Shown here: positions 21,223 to 30,379 of the stretch, in pieces
Position numbering within the stretch: the stretch's first letter is position 1
How the letters are laid out: every line of letters begins with the position of its first letter
Source of the DNA: a bacterium
GTDB taxonomy: Bacteria > UBA8248 > JACPRG01 > G963555815
Length of the DNA stretch: 64,000 nucleotides
Assembly: GCA_965261595.1 (NCBI GenBank)
Contig: CBDHDG010000007.1
Span: 32,001 to 96,000, forward strand
Direction: 5' to 3'
Notes under the pieces: generated by a model
What the model was told of the DNA's origin: nothing
The model's database searches: none
The model's input: the letters and a program-made list of their open reading frames with translations, nothing else
Translations under genes and position numbers: made by a program

Positions 21223-22111
21223 ACAAGAATTGGGTGGTTTCAACGGATTCGTGACCGAGCCACAACGCGATGATTGAGCGGTCAACGCGTGCCTGCAGCA
21301 GGTCCATTGCCGCCGTATGGCGCAGGAGATGAACCGTGACCCGCCGATCTTTCAGCGAGGGGCACTTCTTCGCCGCTGTCGCCTGGTGTTTCTTGAGTAG
21401 GTGCTGTACACCATGGATGGTCAGCCGCTCCCCCCGGAAGTTGGGAAACAGCACATCCCGATTACCCCTCTGGGGTTCCCGCAGCCAGGCTTTGAGCACC
21501 CCACAGGTGGGTTTCGCCAGGGGCGTACTGCGTTCCTTGCGCCCCTTGCCGATCACCCGCAGGTGGGCACCGGCTCCCATGACCAGGTCCTCCCTTTTGA
21601 GTCCGGTCATCTCCGACACCCGCAGCCCGGTCTGCACGGCGGTCAGGATGAAGGCGTGATCCCGCCGTCCTGACCAGCTGCCGCGATCCGGCGCCGCGAG
21701 CAGGGCATCGACCTCCTCCCGGTTGAGGAAGCCCACCTGCTTGCGGGTGAAGCGCTTGCCGGGGATGGCGAGTACCCACTGGATCTGCGCCCCATGGGTC
21801 GGCAACTCGAAGGCGGCGTAACGGAAGAACGAGTGAATGGCCGTGAGCCGCAGATTCCGGGTTCGGATACTGACGTTGCGGCTGGTTTCCAGGTCGTCGA
21901 GGAACGCGGTTATCAATGGCGCATCGATCTGCTCGAAGTGCAGCCGCTCAGGCGGCTGGCCGAGACGCTTTGACGCGAACCTGAGGAACAGCTTGAACGA
22001 GCCCCGGTAGGATTCGATGGTGTGGGGACTCACCTGGTGCTGTTGTATCAGTCGCTGGATGAAGAACCGCTGCATCAGCGGAAGCAGGCTGCTCGATGTT
22101 GCACCCTTCAT
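21223..22111 (-). pseudogene. RIT tyrosine recombinase C, truncated before the catalytic Tyr by IS3
   Basis: TGLRVSE, GKGRKER, HLLRHT, LWLGHESVETTQ, then the IS3 end. Confidence 0.85.
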
Positions 22112-23053
22112 GAGTGACCCTCCCAGCGGCGCTCCAGCCGTCTCATGGCTTCTTTCATCAGCCCGGGGCTGCTTTCGAGGTACCAGATAGGTATCGGAAA
22201 CGCGCACATGCCCCAGGTAGGTGGACAGAATCGGCAGCATCCTGTCCGGATCCTGACCCTCCCGGTACCAGTTCTCCAATGTCCTCACCGCCAGCGTGTG
22301 GCGGAAGTCGTGCAGCCGTGGTCCACGCCTGTCGTCAGGTCCCCGCAGACCGACATGGCGGGACAGTTTGCGGAACGTATGTTTAACCTGGCTAGCCTCG
22401 AGTGGCTTCCCCGTGCTCGAAAGAAAGAGGTTCTGCGAGACCGGTCGGCCGATCCAATGGCGCCGGCGCCGGTCGGTATAGTCGGCAAGCACCCTGCAGG
22501 TGGATTCATGCAGCGGAACCAAGCGGGTCCGGCCATGTTTGGCAGCGCGCACCGTCAACAATCCGGTTTGGAGGTCTACATCCTGAAGTGCAAGATCACG
22601 CGCTTCCCCCACACGCAGACCGGAGACGCTCAACAGGCCGATCAGGCAGTAGTAGGTCCAGGGCAGCAAGGCTTGCCGTTTCCCGTGATACGGCATATTG
22701 CGTGCCGCTTTCAGCAGCGCCTGTATCTCCTCGTCCGAGTAAAGGTGCGGTTTTGCCCGTTTGGGCCGATAAGGAAGAAGCCCAGGTGCCGGGATTTCGG
22801 TACGTGGGTCCGCGGCCTGACGATAGCGCGCAAATGCCCGGACATTGGTCAGGAGCTCTGCCCATTTGGACGGTTGGACATTCGCGGGTTGCCGCGCCCA
22901 GGCAAGCGCCAGTTCCTGGGTGATGTGGGCGGCCTGCTGTTCTTCCAGGAACGTGGCGAATTGCAGCAATCTCTGTTCGGTATCGACCAGTTTGAACCCC
23001 AGGCTGCGCCGCAGGTCGACATATTCGTGAACGGCTTCCCTGATCGTGTTCAT
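22108..23053 (-). pseudogene. RIT tyrosine recombinase B, frameshift near 22186
   Basis: GLRVGEA, HDFRHT, LSTYLGH; the WYLE...MRRLERRW tail is in another frame; ATGA overlaps with neighbours. Confidence 0.85.
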
Positions 23054-24287
23054 TGGACGCCTCCCGGCCACGGTAGGGCCAGAGTGCGAAGGGCCCCGAT
23101 ATCCACCTTGGAGTAAATCCGGGTGGTATTGGGATGACGGTGCCCGAGAACATCCCCGATCTCACCGAGCGAAGCCCCCTCGTGCAGCATCTGTGTGGCC
23201 AGGCCGTGACGGAACTGATGCGTCCCACGGGTCGGTGAATCGACGCCGGCAATCTCAAGACGGTATCTGACCATATCACCAATATTGCCGCCCCCTCGGA
23301 ACCCGCGAAACGGAGCTCTGGTCCGCAGAAACACCCGGCGATCGTTGCTCTCCGGTCGACCATTCTGCAGGTAATCGGCGATTACTTTCCCGATTTCCTC
23401 GGCCAGGGGATACACACTGCGTCGTCCGCCCTTGAGCGTCACAGTCAGTGTTCCAGCCCTCCAGTCGACATCATTCAGTGTCAGGAAAGCGATCTCACTG
23501 GCACGCAGTCCAAGCCGGGCGAGCAGCAGCAAAATAGCGTAGTCGCGGCGTCCTACGGGCGTGCTGCGGTCCACGCTTGTCAGCATCTTCTGTACCTGAT
23601 CGGCTGCAATGCCTCGCGGCACCGATGTCATGGCCCAACCGGCGACGGTCGGGACCTGGTGAGCCAGGTCCGGCATCCTCTCGCGGCATGGGCATGCACA
23701 TAACGCAGGAAAGCGCGTAACGAGCCGGTCACCGACTTCATGCTCCCCCGGCTGGTCAATCGGGCCGTCTCATGGCGCACAAACGCAATCAGATCGCCAG
23801 CGTTCAGCTGCGACAGCATCACCTCTCCGTTACCAAACCGGTGCTGGAGAAAATTGCGGGCTCGGATGGCGTAATTCACGATGGTGCCGTCGGCCAGAGC
23901 ACGCTGCTCGCGCAGATACTGCGCGTACTCTTGTACACAGCGTTCAGCCGGTGTCGGGGGACGGACGGGCTCCTCCAGGGAGATCACGCCCACGCATCGC
24001 AAGTAATCCATCAGATGCCTGAGAGAAGGCCGGGCGCTCAGTTGTTGAGAGCGCAGGCTCCTTGTCCGCAAGTATTGAGTTACGTCTTCAGACGACAGGC
24101 TGGGCAGCTCGATTTGCTGCTGCTCAAGCCATTCGCTGAAGAGAACTATCCGTCGAAGCTGTTGATGGATCGTGTCGTGAGAATACTTCCGGGCGTTCAA
24201 TGCTTCTGCAAGTCCCCTCAGCCACGGGACCAGCGGCCCGACTGGGCGTCGTTGCAAGACAAATCGGTCGTTGATCGGATACCTCAT
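23050..24287 (-). pseudogene. RIT tyrosine recombinase A, frameshift near 23680
   Basis: N-terminal SAM-like ORF 23628-24287 plus catalytic ORF with RDYAILLLLARLGLR, HQFRHGLA, VLGH..NTTRIY. Confidence 0.85.
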
Positions 24288-24555
24288 AGCAGGCTCCTTT
24301 CCCCTCAGGGGTTATTGTTGGAGCCTTTACTATGTCGCGTAATTGGGGGCACCAGTGGCGTACTTCTGAAACCTTTTCAATCAGATATCACCACGCATTC
24401 CTGATTACGCCACATAGGCCGGTTCGCGAAATAGTGGTGCGACTGGGGGCCGCGGCCCGGGGAGTGGAACCGCGAGCCCTGGGGCGAGCGCATCGACATC
24501 AAGACGGCGTGAGAGCGCCCGGCGCACATCCGAACCCCCATCAGAGGAGTCCGTC

Positions 24556-25167
24556 ATGTCGCACGATATCGTCTCGACCGGGCGCGCCGCCCGCATCCTG
24601 ATCGAACGCGATCCGGGTCCCGGCGACCGGCTCGACGCCTTTCTCCTGCTCGCCGGTCAGGAGTATCTGTGCCGCCGCCGAGACGGCCCCGGCGCCGACT
24701 TCGGCGAGGCGGTTCGCATGTATGAGGCCGCGGCCGGCCAGCGTCTGCCGAGGCCTTCCCCGCTCCCCGTCTTCGGCGCGGTCAAGTGGCGGCGCCGCGA
24801 GCGTCGCCGCGAGGTCGCCGTCTGGCTCGCGGGCCGCTTCCTCGGCTGGCTGTACAGCCCCGATGGCCGGGGCCGTGCTTCCGACACGGACTGGCGTCCG
24901 GGCGCCAGCCTGTCGATTGGCCTGGGGCTGCCGTACGAAACGGCCCTGAAGGAGCCTCCCCGTTCGCTTCCCCATGCCGAACGCCGCGTGACCGAGCTCG
25001 CTATCGCGAACGTCGTCGACCCCGGTGTCGAGAGTGTTGCTCATGAGCCGCGCCGTTCACGGCGCCCTGACGCCGCCTGCACGCCTCCGCGAGTCCGAGC
25101 CGGGCCGGCCGGGGTGAGCCCGGGAAGACCCGAGGGGGCCTTCGGGCGTTTCCATGCAATCCATTAA
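24556..25167 (+). CDS. Hypothetical protein
   Basis: RBS GAGGAG, GC3-rich codons; 3' end uncertain. Confidence 0.5.
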   Translation: MSHDIVSTGRAARILIERDPGPGDRLDAFLLLAGQEYLCRRRDGPGADFGEAVRMYEAAAGQRLPRPSPLPVFGAVKWRRRERRREVAVWLAGRFLGWLYSPDGRGRASDTDWRPGASLSIGLGLPYETALKEPPRSLPHAERRVTELAIANVVDPGVESVAHEPRRSRRPDAACTPPRVRAGPAGVSPGRPEGAFGRFHAIH

Positions 25168-25179
25168 GGAGATATCTTC

Positions 25180-27417
25180 ATGACCCATACCGAACCGGTC
25201 ATCCGTTCCATCCCGCTGAGCCAGCTGGAGCTCGCGTCCGAGAACGTCCGCAAGACCCCGGCCGACCCGGCTGCGCTTAACGAGCTCAAGGCCTCCATCG
25301 CGGCCCACGGGCTGCTCGAGAACCTGATCGCCCGGGCCCAAGGTCCCGGCGAAGATGGCGTCGGGCACTATGCGGTGATCGCCGGCGGCCGGCGGCTCGC
25401 CGCCCTGCAGGCCCTCGCCGGCGAGGGGGTCCTTGATGAGGACCACCCCGTGCCCTGCCGCATGACCGGCGCCTCCGAGAGCGCCGGCGAACTCTCGCTC
25501 GCCGAGAACGTCATCCGTATCGCCATGCACCCCGCGGACCAGGTGATCGCGTTCCACGGGCTCGCCCAGGCCGGGCTCACCGTGTCCGCCATCGCCGCGC
25601 GCTTCGGCGTCTCCGAGCGCCTGGTCGAGCAGCGTCTGCGGCTCGGCCATGCGGCCCCGGAACTGCTCGACGCCTACCGGGCCGAGGAGATCGACCTGGA
25701 GACCCTCAAGGCCTTTGCGGTCACCATGGACCACGGCCGCCAGATGGCGGTCTGGGAACAGGTGAAGAGCCAGGGCTGCCGGCCCGGGGCCTGGCAGGTG
25801 AAGCGCATGCTGACCGAGGACCAGGTGTCCGCCGCGTCGGCTGTGGCCCGTTTCGTCGGTATCGAGGCCTATGAGGCGGCAGACGGGGCCATCACGCGGG
25901 ACCTCTTCGCACAAGAGGACGACCGCGGGATCTGGTTCGACGATCCGGTGCTCCTGAACGAGCTTGCCATGAAGAAGCTTCGGACGGCGGCGGACGAACT
26001 GGCCACGCGCTGGAAGTGGGCCGAGGCGGCCCTGGAGGCCGCCTGGAGCGCTACCGCGGGTTTCGGCCGGATCCGTCCCGAGCCGGGCGTTCCCACCGAC
26101 GAGGAAGAGGCCGAACAGGAGCGCCTGCGCACCCGCCATGACGAGCTCGCCGAACTGGACGACGACGGCTGGACCGAGGAACAGGTCGAGGAAGCCGAAG
26201 CCATCGAGACGCGCCTGGATGAGATCCACGCGGCCGTGGAAGCACGGGCCGCCTTCCGGCCCGAGGACATGAGCATGGCCGGGTGCATCGCGACCGTCGG
26301 CCGCGACGGCACCTTGGAGGTCATCCAGGGCCTGGTCAGGCCCGAGGACATGCCGGAGACCACCGGCGAGGGCGGAGACGTTCAGGAGGCCGGCGACCAC
26401 GGCGTCGGAACCGAATCCGGCCGCGTGGATGCGCCGGCCATCACCGCTCCCATCGCAACGCCCGCCGACCCGCGCGCCAAGGCCCGGGAGGAGGCCGGCG
26501 TGGGCATCGGCCTCGCCGACGACCTGCGGACGATCCGCACGGCCCTGATCAAGGTCCATCTGGTCCGGGACTTCGAGGCCGCCTTCGACCTGATGGTGTT
26601 CCAACTCGGCCGGGCCGTGTTCACGGAGGGCTGTCACGCGAATGCCCTCGACATCGCCGTCAAGGAGACCGCCGACCGGCCGGCCATGCGCGTGAATGAC
26701 GAGGAGTTTGCCGGCTGGAGCCCGGGCGAGGCCATGTTGGCCGACCGCTCCGGCCTTTCCTTGGACTGGCTGGACCATGAGGCCGACGGCGAGGCCTTCG
26801 CCGCCTTGCGGGCGCTTCCGCAGGCGGAGAAGCAGGCGCTCTTCGCGGCGGCGGTCGCGCGCACGGTCAAGGGCCAGCTCGCCTTCGAGCCCGACGCCCG
26901 GCCCGAGCTGGAAGCCACGACCGCCCGGCTCGAGATCGACTTCGCGGCCCATGTCCGGCCGAGCGCGGACATGCTCTGGTCCCGGATCCGCAAGGACCGG
27001 ATCCTCGCGGTGGCGCGCGAGACCCTGGGCCCTGCCTGGGCCTCGGCGCGGTCGAAGTACAAGAAGGCGGATCTCGCCAAGACGATGGAAGGGGCTTTCG
27101 CGGCCGGAGACCCGCCCGTCGGACTCGCCGCCTCGGCGCACGCCGCCGCGCTCGCATGGACCCCGCCCGGCTTCGCGCCCTTCGATGCCGGGCCCATGGA
27201 CGACCCGGACACGGCCGGGGACGTTCCGCCGGTGGCTGAAGGCGACGACGCCCCGGCCGGCGAACCGGATACAGTTCCGCAGCCTGCCGAGGCGGAAGCT
27301 GCCGCCGGCGGGCCCAGCATCGACGTCTCCGAGGAGAACGTCCTCACCCCGCCAGGGGTCAACGGCCACGACAGCGGCGACGGACTCGACATCCCGGAGT
27401 TCCTGCGCCGGGCCTGA
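25180..27417 (+). CDS. ParB/RepB/Spo0J family protein (long ICE/plasmid type)
   Basis: NVRK, SIAAHGLLENL, VIAGGRRL, SLAENVIR, HPADQ; RBS TAAGGAG. Confidence 0.92.
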   Translation: MTHTEPVIRSIPLSQLELASENVRKTPADPAALNELKASIAAHGLLENLIARAQGPGEDGVGHYAVIAGGRRLAALQALAGEGVLDEDHPVPCRMTGASESAGELSLAENVIRIAMHPADQVIAFHGLAQAGLTVSAIAARFGVSERLVEQRLRLGHAAPELLDAYRAEEIDLETLKAFAVTMDHGRQMAVWEQVKSQGCRPGAWQVKRMLTEDQVSAASAVARFVGIEAYEAADGAITRDLFAQEDDRGIWFDDPVLLNELAMKKLRTAADELATRWKWAEAALEAAWSATAGFGRIRPEPGVPTDEEEAEQERLRTRHDELAELDDDGWTEEQVEEAEAIETRLDEIHAAVEARAAFRPEDMSMAGCIATVGRDGTLEVIQGLVRPEDMPETTGEGGDVQEAGDHGVGTESGRVDAPAITAPIATPADPRAKAREEAGVGIGLADDLRTIRTALIKVHLVRDFEAAFDLMVFQLGRAVFTEGCHANALDIAVKETADRPAMRVNDEEFAGWSPGEAMLADRSGLSLDWLDHEADGEAFAALRALPQAEKQALFAAAVARTVKGQLAFEPDARPELEATTARLEIDFAAHVRPSADMLWSRIRKDRILAVARETLGPAWASARSKYKKADLAKTMEGAFAAGDPPVGLAASAHAAALAWTPPGFAPFDAGPMDDPDTAGDVPPVAEGDDAPAGEPDTVPQPAEAEAAAGGPSIDVSEENVLTPPGVNGHDSGDGLDIPEFLRRA

Positions 27418-27515
27418 ACCGCCCGGGGAAGCGCATCCCCATCCACTACGGCGCCCCGCCGGTCCCTTGCCGGTGGGGCGCTCTTCGTTTCGATGCATCT
27501 CACGGAGACCTCCCC

Positions 27516-29267
27516 ATGAACCACACCCCCGACGCGACGCCCGACGCGCTCCCGGACCGGATCCGGGCCCGGGTCCATGGCGGCGCGCTTCAGCGCGTAA
27601 CGCGCATGTTTGCGGCAAACCTCACGGACGCTCTGGTCGAGACGCTCCAGAACTGCCGCAGGGCCGGGGCGACCCGGGTTTGCGTCACCATCGACGCCCC
27701 GGACGGCGCACCCTCGGACGACACGGCCGGCGCCCTGACGATCACGGTCACCGACGACGGGGCCGGCATCGTCGATCCCGCCGTTCTTCTCAGCTTCGGC
27801 GAGACCGGCTGGGACACGGACCTGGCCGGCCGCGAGGACGCGGCCGGGATGGGATTCGCCAGCCATGCCCGCCAAGGCTGCCGGATCCTCTCGCGGCCCC
27901 GGTCACCGGACGGTCATGCCCGGCCGGGCTGGCGCGTCGATCTCACGCCCGCCCATTTCCTGGGGGAGGAGGAGGCGCCCATCATCCCCGACGACAGCGC
28001 GCCCTGGCCCCACGGCACCGCCGTCAGCTTCACGACGAATGGGAACCGCGAGACGATCCGGCGCGCTGTGGAGAATGCGGCCCGGAATTATCCGCTCGCG
28101 GTGACGTTCGAGGGCGAGACCGTCCCCAGCCGGGCCTTCCTCGACGGCGCCGTCCATGCCGAGCCCTGGCGCGGCCTCGTGTTCGGCGTCTTCGCAGGCC
28201 GCAACCGCGGCTACAACGAGCCCGACCTCAACTTCCACGGCCTGACCCTGTTGGTGCGTCTGCCCACGGTCGATCCCGTCAGCGGCCAGGCCTGGTCGGT
28301 CCGCGCCGAGGTCGTGAGCTGTCCCGAACTCGAGCTGGTGCTGCCGGCGCGGAAGGAGGCGGTCGAGACCGAGTTCCTGAAGGAGGTGCGCGAGGCCGCG
28401 CGCATCGCCATCTACCGGGCTATGCAGGCGGCCGACCCCGTACCGCGCATCGCCTTCAAGGACTGGACCCGCGCGCAAGCGGCCGGCATCGAACTGCCCA
28501 TACCGGCCCCGCAACTCCGTCCCTGGCGGCCTTGCATCGCCGATATCGACGACTGGCGCGAGGGGCCCGGGCTCGCATCCGTATCCAACGACGCCCTCGT
28601 GATGCAGGTCGATCCGGAGCCGTCCGAAGCCCAGGCGTTCTGGCGCGCGGCAAGGCGAAACGGCTTCGCGGACCGGCTGTTCGAGACCGACCGTCGCCTC
28701 GACGGCTACGGCTGGTTCGACGCGCTCGACCGCATCGAGAACATCCACACCGAGATCTCGGCGGACGGCAAGACCTCTCCCCTCCACGCGTTCCCGCTGC
28801 CGGAGCGCACCGGGGCGCCCCTGCCGGCGAGACCGGAGGCGATCCGGATGAGCCTCGCCGTCCAGCCGGCGCAAGGACCGGGACGCATCCTCGACATCAA
28901 AGCCGATCTCGCCTTCGCCGGCGAGGCCTGGTCCTGGGTCGGAGACGCCATCTCGCTCGTCACCGCCGACAGCGATCTCGATCCGGGAGAGCTCGCGCTC
29001 CTGCTGCGTGCGGGCTTCTTCTCGCCCTCCGGCGATGCGGACGCGGACAGTCACGAGACCCAGGGCATTCGGTTCGACGAGGAGGCCCTGCACGTCGCGA
29101 CCAGGCTGCTTTTCAGTGACGAGGAGGCGCGCCGGACATCCATCGCCGAAGCGGTTAGGCGCGAGCTCATGTGGCTCGTTCCCCGCGACCGCGCCGTCGA
29201 TATCGCGGTGCGCGGCCGGGAGGTGACGGTGATGCTGGGCGAACCCGTCGAGGAGGCCGCGCGATGA
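27516..29267 (+). CDS. GHKL (HATPase) domain protein
   Basis: ETLQNCRRAGA, VTDDGAGI, AGMG, HGT motifs. Confidence 0.8.
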   Translation: MNHTPDATPDALPDRIRARVHGGALQRVTRMFAANLTDALVETLQNCRRAGATRVCVTIDAPDGAPSDDTAGALTITVTDDGAGIVDPAVLLSFGETGWDTDLAGREDAAGMGFASHARQGCRILSRPRSPDGHARPGWRVDLTPAHFLGEEEAPIIPDDSAPWPHGTAVSFTTNGNRETIRRAVENAARNYPLAVTFEGETVPSRAFLDGAVHAEPWRGLVFGVFAGRNRGYNEPDLNFHGLTLLVRLPTVDPVSGQAWSVRAEVVSCPELELVLPARKEAVETEFLKEVREAARIAIYRAMQAADPVPRIAFKDWTRAQAAGIELPIPAPQLRPWRPCIADIDDWREGPGLASVSNDALVMQVDPEPSEAQAFWRAARRNGFADRLFETDRRLDGYGWFDALDRIENIHTEISADGKTSPLHAFPLPERTGAPLPARPEAIRMSLAVQPAQGPGRILDIKADLAFAGEAWSWVGDAISLVTADSDLDPGELALLLRAGFFSPSGDADADSHETQGIRFDEEALHVATRLLFSDEEARRTSIAEAVRRELMWLVPRDRAVDIAVRGREVTVMLGEPVEEAAR

Positions 29268-29746
29268 AGAAGCCCTGCACGGTCCAGTGCGGAAATTCGA
29301 CCCACTTCGCCAATACGGTCACCGTGGAAGCGGAGACCCTCGAGGAGGCGCTGGACAAGGCCATCGAGACCGCCAATGCCGATGACGCCTGGCGCCCGCC
29401 CGGCCATTGCAGCGACACCTTCGTAGACGCCGTTTGCGAGGGTGCCGATGCCGATCCCCGGAACCCGGACGCGGCATGGCCGATTCCGGACCGGTTCACC
29501 GAACGCGGTGAGCCGCCGGTCATCACGCTGACCGATCCGGGCAGGCCGGACGGCGGCATCGCGGTCTCCGGCGTACGGGTGCTCATCCGCTTCACAGGCG
29601 ATGCCGGCACGGTCACGGCGGAGCTTTGCGATCCCCCGCATCCGCCCGCCAACAAGCCGCTTGTCACCATCCGCCGCCGTGCCGACGGCACACCCGACGT
29701 CACCGTGACCGAAGGCCGGGGCCGGGTCCGCATCCTCGACGCCTGA
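29264..29746 (+). CDS. Hypothetical protein
   Basis: ATGA overlap with the upstream gene; RBS GAGGAGG. Confidence 0.7.
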   Translation: MKKPCTVQCGNSTHFANTVTVEAETLEEALDKAIETANADDAWRPPGHCSDTFVDAVCEGADADPRNPDAAWPIPDRFTERGEPPVITLTDPGRPDGGIAVSGVRVLIRFTGDAGTVTAELCDPPHPPANKPLVTIRRRADGTPDVTVTEGRGRVRILDA

Positions 29747-30264
29747 CCCTGGCTGCCCGCCACCGGCTCAGACCGGGATCCAGCGGCGGCCCCCGCTTCC
29801 TCGTCCCTCATCTCCGGGAGACATATTCCATGAAACTCATCACCAAAAAGCAGCGCGAAAAACTGCTCGCCAACGGCGCCGACCGCGGGGCCGACCATGT
29901 CCCGGTGGTCAAACTCTTCAACCCCTGCGGCGCCGGCACCTGGCTCTTGACCGAACTCGATCCCGAGCAGCCGTCCGTGGCTTTCGGACTCGCGGATCTC
30001 GGCTTCGGCTTTCCTGAGCTGGGCAGTTTCAGCCTGGAGGAACTGTCGGCCTTCCGGGGGCCGTTCGGCCTCGGCATCGAGCGGGATCTGCATTTCGATC
30101 CGCACTTCAGCCTCGCCATCTACGCCGAAGCCGCCCGGGCCGCCGGCCATATCGTCGAATACGGTCCCGAACTCGACGCCGCCGCGCACCGCCGCACCCA
30201 CGCGGCAGCCGGCGCCTGACCTGGCTTCCCGCCGCCGGCCCACACCGGGATTCGGCGGCGACCC
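29740..30264 (+). repeat. ~53-bp imperfect direct repeats (29740-29793, 30213-30264) flanking DUF2958
   Basis: CGCCTGACC(C)TGGCT[G/T]CCCGCC[A/G]CCGGC[T/C]CA[G/C]ACCGGGAT[C/T]C[A/G]GCGGCG[G/A]CCC. Confidence 0.8.
29830..30219 (+). CDS. DUF2958 domain protein
   Basis: PVVKLFNPCGAGTWLLTELD, FGLADLG-GFPELG, IERDLHF. Confidence 0.9.
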   Translation: MKLITKKQREKLLANGADRGADHVPVVKLFNPCGAGTWLLTELDPEQPSVAFGLADLGFGFPELGSFSLEELSAFRGPFGLGIERDLHFDPHFSLAIYAEAARAAGHIVEYGPELDAAAHRRTHAAAGA

Positions 30265-30379
30265 GCCTTGCGTCCCTATGAGACGAGCCTGGCTTGGCCG
30301 GGGCGATCCGTGAGGCCCGGGGGAGCGTTTCCCCCGCCACCGGCCCACCGCGATTTCCACGATTTCCGAGGAGAACCCA

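Larger units (their letters stand above)
21223..24417 (-). mobile_element. RIT (recombinase in trio) element, truncated
   Basis: Three overlapping tyrosine recombinases; inverted 14-mers CTATGTCGCGTAAT (24330-24343) and ATTACGCCACATAG (24404-24417) at the upstream end. Confidence 0.88.

Noticed and set aside
21116..23071. 651-aa double-recombinase fusion ORF
   Set aside because: Produced by a frameshift near the end of recombinase B plus read-through into IS3; the ATGA overlap shows two separate genes.
25057..29119. 853-aa antisense and 807-aa alternative-frame ORFs over ParB and the GHKL gene
   Set aside because: High-GC shadow ORFs without motifs, overlapping well-supported genes.
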